A stretch of 64,000 nt of DNA from the human T2T-CHM13v2.0 reference genome, Homo sapiens (GCF_009914755.1 NC_060943.1); one strand, 5' to 3'; positions 32,410-54,122 are shown, counted from the first letter of the stretch. Numbers and translations are program-made. The notes: generated by a model from the sequence alone, not told the origin.

Positions 32410-34996
32410 ATGCTGCCCGCCGCGCTGCTCCGCCGCCCGGGACTTGGCCGCCTCGTCCGCCACGCCCGTGCCTATGCCGAGGCCGCCGCCGCCCCGGCTG
32501 CCGCCTCTGGCCCCAACCAGATGTCCTTCACCTTCGCCTCTCCCACGCAGGTTCGGGCGCTGCGGGTCGGGACCCTCCGTGGCCGCCGCCCCCGGAGTCC
32601 AGGGTCCCCACCCCCAGGGCGCGACCCCCGCTTCCGGGCCCCCGGACCCGCGCGCCCCGGAAGCCGAGGCTACTCAGCCCTGGACCCTCGGCCCTGCCTC
32701 TGCTGCCCGAGCCCTGCGCTGCCCTCGTCCCGGGCACCTCCCCGAGATAAGCGTCTCCTGGGTGCCCTCCCCGATCTCCCTGGCCAAAGCCTGGGTGTCG
32801 CCGGATCGTTGCATTCCCATTTCGCGGATCAGTAGAATGAGGCGCAACTGTTGAGGACCAAAGCTGCAACTTCGGATCCCTGCGCTGGGTTGTCTCAGTG
32901 CCTCACATCAGCGCCAGGTCCTGCCCTGACCCATTACTTAGCAGGACAGGCCGAGTGCCCGGTGGGCGCGGGGCCGGCCTGCCCCGCCATCATTCCCCAC
33001 GCTGTTGTCTGCAGGTGTTCTTCAACGGTGCCAACGTCCGGCAGGTGGACGTGCCCACGCTGACCGGAGCCTTCGGCATCCTGGCGGCCCACGTGCCCAC
33101 GCTGCAGGTCCTGCGGCCGGGGCTGGTCGTGGTGCATGCAGAGGACGGCACCACCTCCAAATACTTTGGTGAGTCCGGTGGAGGGCTGCAGGGCCAGGCC
33201 AGGCTGGGGCTCCACATCCCAGGTCAGTCTCCGTCTCAGTTGAGGCTGCGAGAAAAAATAGTTTTAGGCCGGGCACGGTGGCTCAAGCCTGTAATCCCAG
33301 CACTTTGGGAGGCCGAGGCAGGTGGATCACCTGAGGTCAGAAGTTCGGAGACCAGCCTGGCCAACATGATGTAACCCCGTCTCTTCTAAAAATACAGAAA
33401 ACTGGCCGGGTGCGGTGGCTCCCGCCTGTAATCCCAGCACTTTGGGAGGCCGAGGCGGGGGGATCACGAGGTCAGGAGATCGAGACCATCCTGGCTAACA
33501 CGGTGAAACCCCGTCTCTACTAAAAATACAAAAAATTAGCCAGGCGTGGTGGCGGGTGCCTGTAGTCCCAGCTAGTCAGGAGGCTGAGGAGATTGTGCCA
33601 CTGCACTCCAGCCTGGGCAACAAGAGTGAAACTCCATCTCAAATAAGAAAAATACAGTTTTAGCAGGTTTGTCCACTGAGGAGCCTGGGCTGGCCGGTGA
33701 TGAAAGCGAACCAGAGGGGACCCTGCTCTCAGCCGGTTTATGACTGGCTCTGGACCAACCAATGTAGGATGGTCGAAGCAAGAGATGTAAAACCACCCAG
33801 GCCCAGTGGTTCATGCCTGTAATCTCAGCACTTTGGGAGACTGAAGTGGGAGAATCGCTTAAGCCCAGGAGTTTGAGACTAGCCTTGGCAACATAGTGAG
33901 ACCCTGTCTCTACAAAAAATAAAAAGAAACTGACCAGGCGAGGCTGGGTGCGGTGGCTCACACCTGTAATCCTAGCACTTTGGAAGGCCGGGGTGGGAGG
34001 GTCTCTTGAGCCCAGGAGTTTGAGACCAGCCTGGGCAACATAGTGAAATCCCATACTACAAAAAATTAGCTGGTTGTAGTGGTGCACACCTGTAGTCCCA
34101 GCTACTCGGGAGGCTGAAGCAAGAGGACCGCTTCAGCCGGGGAAGTCAAGGCTGCAGTGAGCCAAGATCATGCCACTGCACTTCAGCCTGAGCAACAAGA
34201 GTGAGACCCTGTGCCAAAAAAACCCCTCAAAAAACCATGTTGGGAGGGCTGATCAGATTAGGGGAGGAAGGTCATTTGTGCAGGAAAAAAAGCAGTTCTA
34301 AGCCTCACTGGTTTCCAGTGGTGGCCAGATTTGAACTCAGCTTGCCTTTGGCCCTGACCCCAGCTCAACCCATGGGTGGTGGGTCAGAGGGAGGGCCTCT
34401 GTCCCCAGGCAGTGCTTTTGGGGGTTCCTCCAGCTTCTAGTCCTTTCTTGCGGCCCCTGTTTTGTTCTTCTCTAGCAGTTGCCCGCCATGTTGGGCCCAG
34501 GGCCAGTCCTGTGGGTCTGTTTGCACACTCAGGACACAGACTTGGATGTTTGTGGAGCTCCTGGTTCACAGGGGGCTCTGGACTTGACCAGGGGAGTCCC
34601 TGAGGCTGTGCAGCCCTTTGGGGTCTCACGCCTTCCCCCCGCCCCATTCCCCCAGTGAGCAGCGGTTCCATCGCAGTGAACGCCGACTCTTCGGTGCAGT
34701 TGTTGGCCGAAGAGGCCGTGACGCTGGACATGTTGGACCTGGGGGTGAGTGTCAGAGGGGACCTGAGGCTCAGCAGGTTGGAGCTGTCCAGGCTGCGGGG
34801 GAGGGAGCGCTGGGGGACCAGGAGCCGGGCTGGGGTCGCTGCTGGCCCCTCACCGCCCCTCAACCCCTTGCAGGCAGCCAAGGCAAACTTGGAGAAGGCC
34901 CAGGCGGAGCTGGTGGGGACAGCTGACGAGGCCACGCGGGCAGAGATCCAGATCCGAATCGAGGCCAACGAGGCCCTGGTGAAGGCCCTGGAGTAG
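32410..34996 (+). CDS. ATP5F1D: Mitochondrial ATP synthase F1 subunit delta precursor, 168 aa
   Basis: Exons 32410-32550, 33015-33168, 34656-34744 and 34874-34996 = 507 nt. Arg-rich presequence [22 protein letters not shown], then [26 protein letters not shown]...[17 protein letters not shown] at 35364-35369. Confidence 0.99.
33267..34222 (+). mobile_element. Sense Alu cluster in ATP5F1D intron 2
   Basis: Several nested or partial Alus. Confidence 0.9.
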
Positions 34997-36940
34997 GCGG
35001 TGCGTACCCGGTGTCCCGAGGCCCGGCCAGGGGCTGGGCAGGGATGCCAGGTGGGCCCAGCCAGCTCCTGGGGTCCCGGCCACCTGGGGAAGCCGCGCCT
35101 GCCAAGGAGGCCACCAGAGGGCAGTGCAGGCTTCTGCCTGGGCCCCAGGCCCTGCCTGTGTTGAAAGCTCTGGGGACTGGGCCAGGGAAGCTCCTCCTCA
35201 GCTTTGAGCTGTGGCTGCCACCCATGGGGCTCTCCTTCCGCCTCTCAAGATCCCCCCAGCCTGACGGGCCGCTTACCATCCCCTCTGCCCTGCAGAGCCA
35301 GCCGCCAAGGTTGACCTCAGCTTCGGAGCCACCTCTGGATGAACTGCCCCCAGCCCCCGCCCCATTAAAGACCCGGAAGCCTGACTGTGTGCTCGGCTCT
35401 TGTTCCTCCACCTGGCCCGGTGAAGCCGGGAGCGTCCTGGGCCCCTGCTCACGTCCTCCATGTCCCTTGCAAATAGGGCCTTTGAGCTCCCCTGGACTAT
35501 GTCCCTTAGGGCACCTGGAGGTCCGTAGGAAGCAGGCTCGAGGGGGTGGGTGGGGTGCAGCCAGGCGGGCAGGCTGCTGACCTTCACCCTACAACGGTGG
35601 GGAGGGTGAAGGTCACCAGTGATGGGGACATCGGTCAGGGAGGGGTGTCCCTGCTGCTCCTGGCGCCTCTGCCGAGTTCCTGGTCTCCAGGCCTTGACCC
35701 TGAGCCCTGCTGGCCCTTGGCCCTGCCCACCAGCCTCTGGAAAGAGGCGGGCCCCACCCGCTCCCACGCTGGCCCCGCCCTGTGCCAGCCGGTCCTGTGG
35801 GTGGCCCTGCCTGGCCGGGTGCCGAATCTGCAGTGTTTTTGGCACCTCCGTGGGCACCTAGGCTTCTGGGTTGGCCCCAGATGGAGTGGGGTGGGCCCAG
35901 GAGGGGGCGGCTCCCTGGCACTGCCCCGTTGGGCCTGCCTCTTCTCCTTTCCATAACCCTGGGGGCGGGCAACACTGGCTCCAGCTGGTGTGTGGACGGC
36001 GGGGGCTGGGGTCTCCTGACCTCCTCCCTTCCTTGGGACAGGGCCCTGTGCAGTGGGGTAGGCAGGGAATTCCAGGGGGGTGAGTGGGGAGGGTGGGCCT
36101 GCCTGTGTCACTGGAGCTGGGATGGTGACAGAGAGGCCGCCCCGGGCCTGTCAGCACGGACGGGCAGCTCACTCCCACGTCATGGCACTATGCGGGTGAC
36201 TTGCCACAGCTTCACTTGAGGCGAGGTGCCGTTGGGGGCCTTGCGACTCTGAGGCCGCCGGTCAGCAGATCAGGTATTCTGGAACAGCCCACGGTCCCCT
36301 GCCTGGCTCCCCCTCCACTTGGGCCTCGGGACACGAGTGACCAGGCCCCCACTTCTCCAGGAATCCGCAGCCCAGGGAAGGTTGTGTCAGCCACCAGGCC
36401 ACAGGAGCAGCCTCTGCCCAGGCCCCCCCTCCCCCCCGCCCCCAGTTCCAGCCCCAGGTCTTCAAGTTCCTGCCAGGCCACCAGGACCCTATAAATAAGA
36501 CCAAGGGCACAGCTGGGACTTAGCAGGGGCCCAGCGGGAGGAGCTGCTCACTCCGGGGACCTCCCCTGCCCCCACCACCAGGGAGGGTGTGAACCTTGGA
36601 GCCAGGCCTCAGGACACCCGAGACACCTGACACTCGGATGGAACAGCCCGTGCTGGCTGGATGCGTCCTGGAGCAGGAGGCAGTCAGGGTGGGGCCGGGA
36701 ACCAGGCGGTCAAGGCCCTTCAGTGAGGGCAGCCCCTGGCTTAGTGAGGCAGAACAGAGCACAGGGTTTGTCCCCATCACACCCAGGAACAACCCACTCA
36801 ACCATGGGGACGCCGAGTATGGGAAATGGTGGGGAAGCGTTTTAGCATGTTTATTCATTTAGACTGGCTCTGGGCATCTGGTCCCCAAAGGGCCACACAG
36901 TGGCCCCTGTGAAGCCCAGCAAGTTCCTACAACCCGTGTC

Positions 36941-37986
<1,046 letters not shown>

Positions 37987-38359
37987 TCATTCCTCAAACC
38001 GCAGCCCCTGTGACCCCCTTCCAAGGGTTATCCCAGCCTCTCCCTCTCTGGCCTAGCCCTGACCCTTCGGGGCTGGGTGTGCCTGTCAAGGTGGGGGCCA
38101 CGGCTGCCGGGAGCATGGGTGGCAGCCGGAAGGAGACCTGGGGAGGAGCGCAGCCCTGGGAGGGGCGCCCATGGCCAGGGTGGGGGTGGAGGTGGTCAGG
38201 CCAGATAAAGGGAGGGGCCAGATGAGTGGACAGGAGGTGCTCCCGTAGGAATGGGGTCCCCTTCTCTAAATAGAGGGGCAGGACGGGGCCCACCTCAACC
38301 AGGACCATCCTCAAAAAGCCGACGGGGAAGGGTGAGATGCACACCACATTCGTGTCTCA

Positions 38360-38405
38360 TTGGCTGTGGCCTCAGTTTCTTCATCTGTAAAATGGGGTAA
38401 TGCCC
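38360..38405. mobile_element. MIR core fragment
   Basis: GCCTCAGTTTCTTCATCTGTAAAATGGGG. Confidence 0.7.
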
Positions 38406-39104
38406 ACCCCAAAGGCTGGGAACCAGTGCATGTCCTGCATTAATGGGGGGTGATGGCCCCAAAGTGATCCTGCCGCATCCCCTCACCACACTCCCACCCA
38501 CCCTGGAGAAACTGAGGCTTGGAGAGGCCAGTTACCTCCCGGGGTCACAGCATAGCCGGCTGGTGACTGGCTGGGCACAAGGCAGGCCTGGCACTGGCTA
38601 ATCGCTCCATAAATGCCCTCTGAGGTCACCATTGACAGATGCAGGAGGCCAGGGCTGGCCAGGGCACCCCCACTCTACGGCAGGTGACTCCAGCCTGTTT
38701 TCCTGGACGACAGCCGCTGACTCAGGCCCCTCTTCCCGTCCCCCCCACGCGGGCGCCCCCAGGCGGAAGCACCGGGCCTGGGGCGACAGGAAGGGGGCGG
38801 GGCAGCGAGTCGCGCTGTACACCCCAAAACCCTGTCCCGCTGACGATTCGGGGTGCATCTCAGCCCGCGGCGAGGCGGGCCGAGACCCTTGGCTCGGGGC
38901 ATTCAAGGGGAGTCCCCCCATGAACTGCGCCAAGCCTGGGTCCCGGGTGGCCCAGCCGTCAAGGCGCCCCAGGGCCAGGGCCGGCAGGCAGGGGCGGGGG
39001 CCAGTCTGCGTCACCGCCCGCCCGGCCCCCCGCCCCCCTGCCCGCCCTAACTCCACCCCGAGGGAAGGCGGCGCGGATAAAGGCTGAGGGCCGCGCGCTT
39101 GGCC

Positions 39105-39183
39105 CAGACCGGCCCGGCCAGCGCGCATTCGGCCCCGGACGAAGGTACTCGCAGCACTTGGAGCGCAGAACCGGCCGCGCCCG
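39105..39183 (+). other. MIDN: MIDN non-coding exon 1 (start approximate)
   Basis: GATAAA TATA-like box at 39076-39081, donor CCG|GTGAGT at 39184, exon 2 acceptor at 40412. Confidence 0.75.
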
Positions 39184-40819
39184 GTGAGTGTGGAGGGGGG
39201 GGACCTGCGGGCCGAGGAAGGGTGCCCACTCTAGATGGCTCAGGATGCCCGCACTTTTCTTTGTTCTTGGGACAGGAGGGATCGGGGAGCCTCCGGTCCT
39301 GGGAAGCCCCCCGGGGTGCGGGGTGGGAGGGGCTCCGCGCAGCCAGCGCCGCCCTGGCCGGACCTCAGCCCCCGCCCCGCCCCCCGGGGCACTCCCCCTT
39401 CACCGCGGGTGACCTTGAACTGGTTGCCGTTCCGCCCTCCGTTGCCCAGCCACACGGTCCCAGTCTCCCGACTACAGTCTTTCGTTCCCGATCGGGGTTC
39501 CTCCCCCGCGCGCAGCCCAGTCGTCTTCCTCCCCTGCCAGGGGCAGCGCGGCGCCCCCTCCCCGGGACTCCGGGCGGCGCTCCCAGGCGGGCCCGGCAGA
39601 GGGCGCGCCCGAGCTGCTGACTCACCGCATCCCCGAGCGCGCGCGGGCGCAGCCGGGGACGCCGCGTCACGTCACGGCTCGAGCGGGCGCGCCTCGGGGA
39701 AACGGGTTCTGCCCGCGGCCGGCGGGTGGGCGCGCGGGGCCCCCGGCGGCAGCCACCCGGCCACGTCACCGAGGTGCGGGCGCCCCGCCCCGGCCACAAC
39801 TCCGCCCCCACGCACCACGCCCTCCCCGGGGCCGCGGCCCTAGCCTCACCGTCGCCCGCCCGCCCCGGGACCCCGGCCACGAGGCGCGGACTTCGCGCTC
39901 CCGCTTCCGCTCGCGGCTTTTCCCGGACGAAGGCGGCGGGGTGGCCCCACGACTTCCTGCCCCTCCCGGCGCCGGGAACAATGGCCCGCGCCCCCTCCCG
40001 CTCCCGGCCGCTCCCTTGGGATCGCGAGGGGTACCAGACCCGTCTCCAGACCTGGGTCCCGCGCCCCCCGGGGCGCGCCCGCCCTTTGTTGCGGGCTCCG
40101 GGCGCTTATGAATGGCTGCGGGCGCGGGCGGGGCGGGGGCGGGCGCGGAGAGGCGCCAGCCCCGCCCCCGCTGCGCTCCCCTTGGTCGCCTGGGCGCTGG
40201 GGGCGGGGCGAGGGGGCGGGCCCGGCTGCCACGTGGGGCGGTGCCGCGGCGGCTCTCATAGGCCCGGGCTCGCGGCCGACTGGGCGCTCGGCGCGCGGCG
40301 ATTGGCCGGCGCCCGGCCGGCGGAGTAAGTAGTGAATGGGAGGGGGCGGCGGCCCCGCCCCCTGGAACGTTGATACATTATAACTTTTTTTTCTTGTTAC
40401 TTTCACCCCCAGATCCTCCGAGCGGCGGCGACGGCTGTTGCTAAGGGAGGGGACGCGCGAGGAAGCGCGACCCGGGCGGCAGACGGCACCCAGCGCCACC
40501 AGCCGAGCGGCGCCCCCTCCCCAGGACCCTTAACCGCGCCGCGTCCCGGTCGCGCCCGCCGCCCTTTGAAGGAGAAGCAAGTGCCGTCCCCACCCCCGGA
40601 AGGCGCCCCCAGGAGCCGGAGCGACCTCGGAGCGCCACTCGGATTTTGGATTTCGGTCTCGCATTCCGCGGCCGGGACTTTCTCGAGGAGGACGCGCGCT
40701 GCTCCGCGCCCCCGAGTGCCCGGAGGACCCGGCATCCGGGGAGCCTCTCGCCCCTGTCCCGGAGGCGCGGCGAGGATTGGCGGCGCCCGCCGCCCCCAGC
40801 CCCCCAGCGCGCGCCGGGG

Positions 40820-47795
<6,976 letters not shown>

Positions 47796-49672
47796 GATCT
47801 TCGGATCGGCCACCCTCGCCCCTCGCACCCCAGCCCAGGGCGGCGGGGACTCCGAGAGCCCCGGAGAGAACGTGGCCCAGCCCTGGAGGGCAGGCGGCCA
47901 CTCCCCCAGCCAGAAGTCTTTTTTTCTTTTCTTCTTTTTTATTATTTTTTTCTTTTTTTAAAAAGTTCTGACCGTGGTTTCCTGGACTCTTCATGGGCTT
48001 TGCTTCCTACCTCCTTCACCCTTCACTCCTGCCCTCCTCTTCCTCCTCCTCCTCCTCCTCCGTCTGTCTCCTTTCACCTCTGCGCCAGGTCGGTCCTCCC
48101 TGCCAACCTTCCCCAGCTCCAATATGTAGCAGTCTCTCTGGATGGCGGAGAGTGAAGGAGACGGAGAAACGCGCCCCATCCCTTCCGCCGCCTCCTTTCC
48201 CCCCCGACCCTATTCAGGTTTTAAGTCAAAAATGTCGATATGTCATTATGCACTTTACAGATGAGGGGAGGGGCCGCAGTGCGCAGAACCCACCCCACCC
48301 CCCAGTGCAGACTTCGGGGTCTCCACCCCAGGCCAGCAGCGCCCACTGGGCTACAGCAAGCCAACAGGTCACAGAAGCCAACGAGGGGACTGTTTCTCTT
48401 CCACTCCTATCCTCTTTTCTTGATCTTTTTTTTGCATTTTCCTTCATTTCTTTAACAAGGAGAGCAAAGCTGTTTTAGCAGAGGCTGGGGCTGAGGTCCC
48501 CATGGGGTTTGGGTGCAGGGGCATGGCACCCTTTCCTGTCGGGAAGGGAGAGGGGAACTACCCCCCCAGCCTGCCCTCCGCCCCGCCCCAGCCGGCGGAC
48601 TGTGCTGTTTCCTCCGCCCCCACTCCCGTGTTTTCTGACCTCCTGCCTGAGTTTGGGGTATTTATAGACTATTAATTTTCTGACTGAGCCAATAGTGGTT
48701 GGGGAACTCTTGAAAAAGGGGAGAGAATGGCTGGGTGCTGGGGAGTTCCCCCCTCCGAGCCCTCCTTCCCGGCCCAACCTGAGGGATGTGGATTTGGGAC
48801 TGTCTGGGGGCCCCTCCTGCAGCGAGGATGGGAGGGGGTGCTGAGCTGTGAATCCCCTGGGCAGGGGGCGACAACTCCGTGTAGCATTAACCCCCGTGGC
48901 GGGGTCCGCTGCTGGTCTAATTTGGACCCCCTGCCTCTCAGTGCCCCTGCCCTAGGGGTGTCTGTCTCCAGAGGGGAGGGACAAATCCCCTACTGGGGCC
49001 ATTTCAATGGGGTAGTTTTTGGATTTTTTTCCCCACTCACTTTTTATTTTTTAATGATAATGGAGATGTCTGGACCCTTCCTCACCCCACCTGTCGGTCT
49101 TGTCCTGGCTCTGCCTGTCCCCCACCGTTGTTCTCGTAGGTGAACCCCAGGTCCTCAACTCCCCCCCTTTATGTGTTGAAAGTTAATGGTTTCAGATGTG
49201 AACATCACGTGTTATAACTGTAGCGCTGTAAATTTTTTTGTGGGAGGGTGGGCAGGGAGGGGTCCCAGAGGGTAGAGCTCAAGGATTTTGGGTTTTGTTT
49301 TGTTTTCATTTTTCCAAAAAAAAAAGAAAAAAAAATAGAAAAAAAAGGAGTAAAAGGGGCGGGTTTGTTTTTTGAAGAACTGTCTTGGATACCTATTTAA
49401 ATGTGTGTTCTGTTTTGTTTTTTAACGATTTTTAAATAACGTCTGTGCCTCCACTGGTTGAGGGTGGAACCTCCAGGCAGGAACCGGCTCGCCACCCTCT
49501 GCCCGGTAAGGGCTGCCCAAGAAAGCATTACCCGCCCTCGGGGGGTCGGGCTGTGGGGGTCCCGGCACCTGGCGTGAGTTTCATGTATGAAAACATAAAA
49601 TTGAAAAAAAAAAAAAAAACCTACACGAGCACCGTGATTTCAAGTAATAAACAGAAAATGAAACACACATTG
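47796..49672 (+). other. MIDN: MIDN 3' UTR (~1.9 kb; end approximate)
   Basis: U-rich tracts, AATAAA at 49646-49651, miR-17-family 8mer GCACTTTA at 48250-48257. Confidence 0.85.
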
Positions 49673-50564
49673 ACTCCCGCCTGCTCGCCTAGTGGGGGGA
49701 TCTGGCCTTGGTTGGGAGGGTTCCTGGGGTGGGATGTCAGCTCAGGGAGTCAGAGGGACTGACCTGGGTCCCAAGGCCCCGAAGAGGGGGTGGGGCAGGG
49801 GTCAGGGCCCTGAGAATTTCCCACGCTCCTTCCCCGGCTGCCGGGTGGGCAGGAAGCAGCCAGGGTGGGAGGGAGGAGCCCAGCCACTTCCTGGTACCCA
49901 AGGCCGGAAGTCCCTTAGGGTGTGGGGCGAGGGCCTGCCTGCCTGCTTCGTGGCCTGGGCAGGACCCTGGCCCCCTCAGGACCTGCCAGTATGGGGGAGA
50001 CGCGACCACCAGCTCTCCCCAGCCACAGGAGTCGGGGACTCCCACTCTGCCACACCCACCTGCTCCCCTTCCTGGAGTCTCACATCTGTGTGGCTTGCTG
50101 CAGGGAGATCACCAGGCCGACTGGGAGGACCTAGGACTCCGCAGGGTACCTTGGGCTGGCAGGTGATACAGGCCTGGCTTGACCCAGCCCTGGGGGGCCT
50201 CTCTGGCCACACCTCCTGACATTCCAGCCCTTCCCAGACCTGGCCTTCAGCTCCAAACCTCCCGGCCTTTGCCCCCTGTCTAGGAACACCCCTGGTCCGG
50301 CTGTCCCTTGCTGTCTGGGAACTTCCCCAGCCTGCGCCTTCCACCCCTGTCCACCCCGTCCCGCAGACCCCACCCTTCCCTCTCTCTGTCCCTAGCCTGG
50401 AGCTCCCCGTGAGCCTCACCAGGACTGAGTCCTCTCTGGGGTCCCACCTCCACCCATGTCCGGGCTGGGCAGAGATGAGGCAATAACACTATTTCATGTC
50501 TTTTTTTAAATTTTGTAACCTGTATTTCCTCAGGTAACAAGAGTTGCCTATGAGAAGTAATTGG

Positions 50565-50625
50565 GCTCCCATTTTATAGATGGGAGAACAGAGGCCCAAA
50601 GAGGAACATCACTTGGCCCAGAGGA
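50565..50625. mobile_element. MIR core fragment
   Basis: CCCATTTTATAGATGGGAGAACAGAGGCCCAAAGAGG. Confidence 0.65.
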
Positions 50626-51299
50626 TTTGGGGTGTTTGTTCAATGATGTGACCTCCACCCCTTATCCCATCTCTAGGGGCCCCAGTACCGGGAGCCCCCA
50701 GGGGAAGGGGCACAGGTTCAGAGAGTGGCCTGGGAGCACCTTCCTGAGACCCCTCTGCCCCTCCCAACGCCCAGTCAACCCCAAATCATCGCACGCCCAC
50801 GGCAGGAAGGCGGATGCCCAGTCAGGCGGCACCCACCCCCCGCCCCGTCCCTGGTGCGGATGTCCCCTCGGGGCTCAGGGTGGGGGTGCGGGTCACCGAC
50901 GCCAGGCCTGGGGTCAAGGCGAGGGCCCCAGGGCGCCACCGCCCCCTCGCTGGGCGGGGTGGGAAGGAGGAAGGAGGATGTTGTCTGAAGCACCTGCTGA
51001 ATCACAGGGGCTGTGTCTGTAGCCTGCAGGGTGGGGGGCGCGTCCCCTGCACTCCAGGACCCGCCCCTCGGGATGCCGACCCCCACCCCAGACTGGGGAT
51101 CCCAGGGGTCAAGGCTGTGCCCTGGGGGCGTGGGGTGGGGTATGGAGCTCCAGGCTCAGAGCCCTGGCCTGGTAGGGTCAGCCCAACCAGGGGTGCAGCG
51201 GGCGGAGGGGCGGCAGGCGGAGGCCAAGTGTGCGTAGGGAAGCACGGAGAGGTAAACTGAGGCACAAAGAGGGCAGGGACCGCTGGGATCTCGCGGGGC

Positions 51300-51900
51300 G
51301 GGGTCGGCCCTGGATCGCTCCCTTCCCCCAACCATTGAGGAAAAAGCTGAATGGGAGGGGGCGGCCCCCGGAAACCCGCCGGGATGGAAACGCGGTTTCC
51401 AGGGCAACGCGCCGCGAAAGGAGCCTGACGTCACCCCGGGTAGGGCGCCCTGCCCGCCCCCGTCCGCGCGTCGCGCGGCCCAGGCCCCGCCCACCAGCGG
51501 GGAAGCCTCATTGGTGATCGCACCGCTCGCTCATCGGCGTGCCCCAGTAGCAGCGCGACGAAGCCTCCAGAAGGCGGGACTTCAGCCCGGCAGCGCCGAG
51601 TGCGCAGGCGCAAGCGCGGAGGCGCTGCAGCCCCGCCTCTCTCCCCGCGCGTCTGCAAAGTTGGGGGCGGGAGGCGCAGCCGAGGGTCTGACGGCTGCGG
51701 CGGGGCCTGGACGGAAGAGGGGGCGAGCCCCGGGGCGCCGCACGTGGACCCCCGGCACGGGCACGCTCACGTGCACCCGTCCTTTCACGCCAACGCGTTT
51801 CCTGCTGCCCCCACCCCTGCACCACTGCACGTCCCAGACCCCGGCCCAGCCTCCCCGCGGTCCCTAGGCTGGGGGAGCTCAGACAGGAGGCTAGGAGGAG
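51300..51900. promoter_or_regulatory. Orphan CpG island with promoter motifs
   Basis: CRE TGACGTCA at 51426-51433, GC box, ATTGG ~51510, NRF1-like TGCGCAGGCGCA at 51601-51612. Confidence 0.65.
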
Positions 51901-54122
51901 GGGGACTTTGGGGCTGAGGCTTTGCCAAAGGAGCAGGAGTTTGCCAAGTGTTGTAGGAAGCGGGAAGGGTGCGCCAGGTAGGGGGCACGGCGTGTGCCAA
52001 GGCCCGGAAACGTGAAACCGAGTGCTTTTCGGGGGCAACCGGGAAGTCAGTTGGTGGAGAAAAATCAAAGATGGGAGGAAAGGCGAGGCTGACAAGGACC
52101 CTAAACGGTGATTCCCCAAGTCGGCCACTGGAGGGATGACTTGGGGGACCAGAGAGGAAGAGCAGGTGAGGGGGAGCGGCGGCCAGGACATCTGGGAGGT
52201 GGCTAGACCCGTGGCCTGGACTTTGGGGGGCGGTCGAGTTGGATCGATGATCGATGGGGACCCTGGCGGCCTCACCCTGGGGGAGGTAGAGACGAAAAAG
52301 GAACTACGGTGTGCCCGGAAGGTGGTGGCTTTAGGTCCACAGGGAGGTGGTTGGCAAGGCGGGGGTAACAGGGGGAAGGAGAAAATCTGAAATGCCGGTG
52401 TGAGCTCCGGGCCAAGAGAGTTGAGGACTCAGGAGGCAGGAATCCCCCGTGGCCGCCCGCTGCTTGGCTGTGGGCTCCAACTTGGTGTGTGCTCAGAGAA
52501 GGCAGTGGTTGGAGTGAACAGGGCCTGTGCCAGGTGGGGAGACTAGCCAAGGTGTTTGTGCAGCCTGGCCTCTGGAGCGGCCTGGGAAGAGCTGGAGTTC
52601 GCAGGGTGGGAGCTGCCCTGTGGCTGGGAGCCCGTGCTGGCGTCCCTGCCAGGCGGTGATCTCACAGGTGAGCGGTGCTTGGGGAGACGCGGAGCTGTGG
52701 GCGGGCAGGAGAAGGTCAGTGGAGGTCATGGCTTTTGGCTTGAGGCCGGAGTCCTCTGGGGGTGGCCGAATGGGCCCTTGGAGCTGCCTTGGGAGGTGGC
52801 TAGGGTGGACAGCAGTGGAAGCCAGGCCCTTGGCTTAGAGCCACTGGGTTGGAGGGATTGAGCCAGTGCCCGGGCACAGCCGCCCCCACAGGGCCTTGCC
52901 CCACCCGCCCTCCTCTCCCAGCACCATGGGAATGGGAGTTACCGGGCTGGAGGCTGGGGACGCCACCACCCCGTGGCCAAGGGCGTTGGGGCCCAACCCA
53001 GGAGCCTGGTGCAGCCCCACCCACGGGCCGCCCAGCCCTGGAAGGGCAGAGAACTGGCTGCCTCTGGGGTCACTTGGGACAGGTGAGCAGCCCAGCCCAG
53101 CCCAGCGGGTGGGGGAGGGGAGGCTGTCACCTGGGCCCTGCCTCCACCCTCTTTCTGGTTCTCACTCCCTCCATTTCTCTTTCTTTTGCCTTTCTCTATT
53201 TCTGTCCCGATCTCTGGCGCTCTCCCCAACCCAGTACCACCATCTCCGCCCCTCCGTCCCTCCCCTGCTTCCGCCCCCTCTCTGGGGGCCCCCTTCACCC
53301 CGGGGCACATTCCAGCTTCCTCCCCCGCCTTGCAGTCCCTCCCTGGAGCCAGCTGCCTCCTCGGTTGCCAGAGCAGAGAGAGTGGGCTTGGGCCGAGGTC
53401 GGAGGTCGAGGAGCGGGCGGGAGCCTGGGAGGGCACCCCCAACCCCTCTGGAATGTGGGTGGAGCGGGGCAAGGGAGACAGCTGGTTTCCACGGAGGGCA
53501 CATGCCCCATACCCAGGACGCTACCCACACTCAGCCCTGGGGGAGAGCAAGCAAAACCAATGGGTGCCATCCCACGAGGGGCCTGCACAGCCATCCCACA
53601 CCCCCGACCAGCACGCCCGGGACAGCCCTCCACAGGCCACGCATTTATGGGTGCGGCTGGTGTGCCAGGCTCCCAGATACACAACCCCCCCCCCCAGACA
53701 CACCCCATATACCTGTCCCCAACCTCAATCCACTGTGTGACCCTAAAACAAACAGAACCTCCTTGCTCAGCCTGGGCCAAGGCCTCCCCAAACAAAACTC
53801 CAGCCTGCAGAGTCCCACCACACCCCGCAGCTGTCACCAGATACAAAGAGGGCCCTGACCAGATACAGAGAGGGCAGCAGCCTTCCCCCACAACCAACAC
53901 ACGCCTGGGCGGGGGCAGGAACACCCCCAGGGCCTCCAGCCACAGACACTCACCCACTCACCCCTCTGTGCACCAGTGATCCTCCGCTGCCCAGCCAAGC
54001 TTGACTCCAGCCTGCTGGAGTCTGGGTGGGGGATGGAGAGGGGTTCCCAGGCGAGCCCCAACCTATGCCTTCCAAAAGTCTTTCTGTGCATGTTGGAAAT
54101 ACAAATGAAACAGGAGAGTTAG

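Noticed and set aside
40646-40819. N-terminal extension of MIDN from in-frame TTG/CTG
   Set aside because: The frame is open, but the near-cognate codons have mediocre context. Expected by chance at this GC level and unsupported without Ribo-seq.
49594-49619. CATAAA followed by an A-run as the MIDN poly(A) site
   Set aside because: The genomic A-tract would cause internal priming. The AATAAA at 49646 is the better signal.
52849-53979. 376-aa and 330-aa overlapping ORFs
   Set aside because: The reported starts are non-ATG, the products are Pro-rich with no domain, and there is no supporting exon structure.
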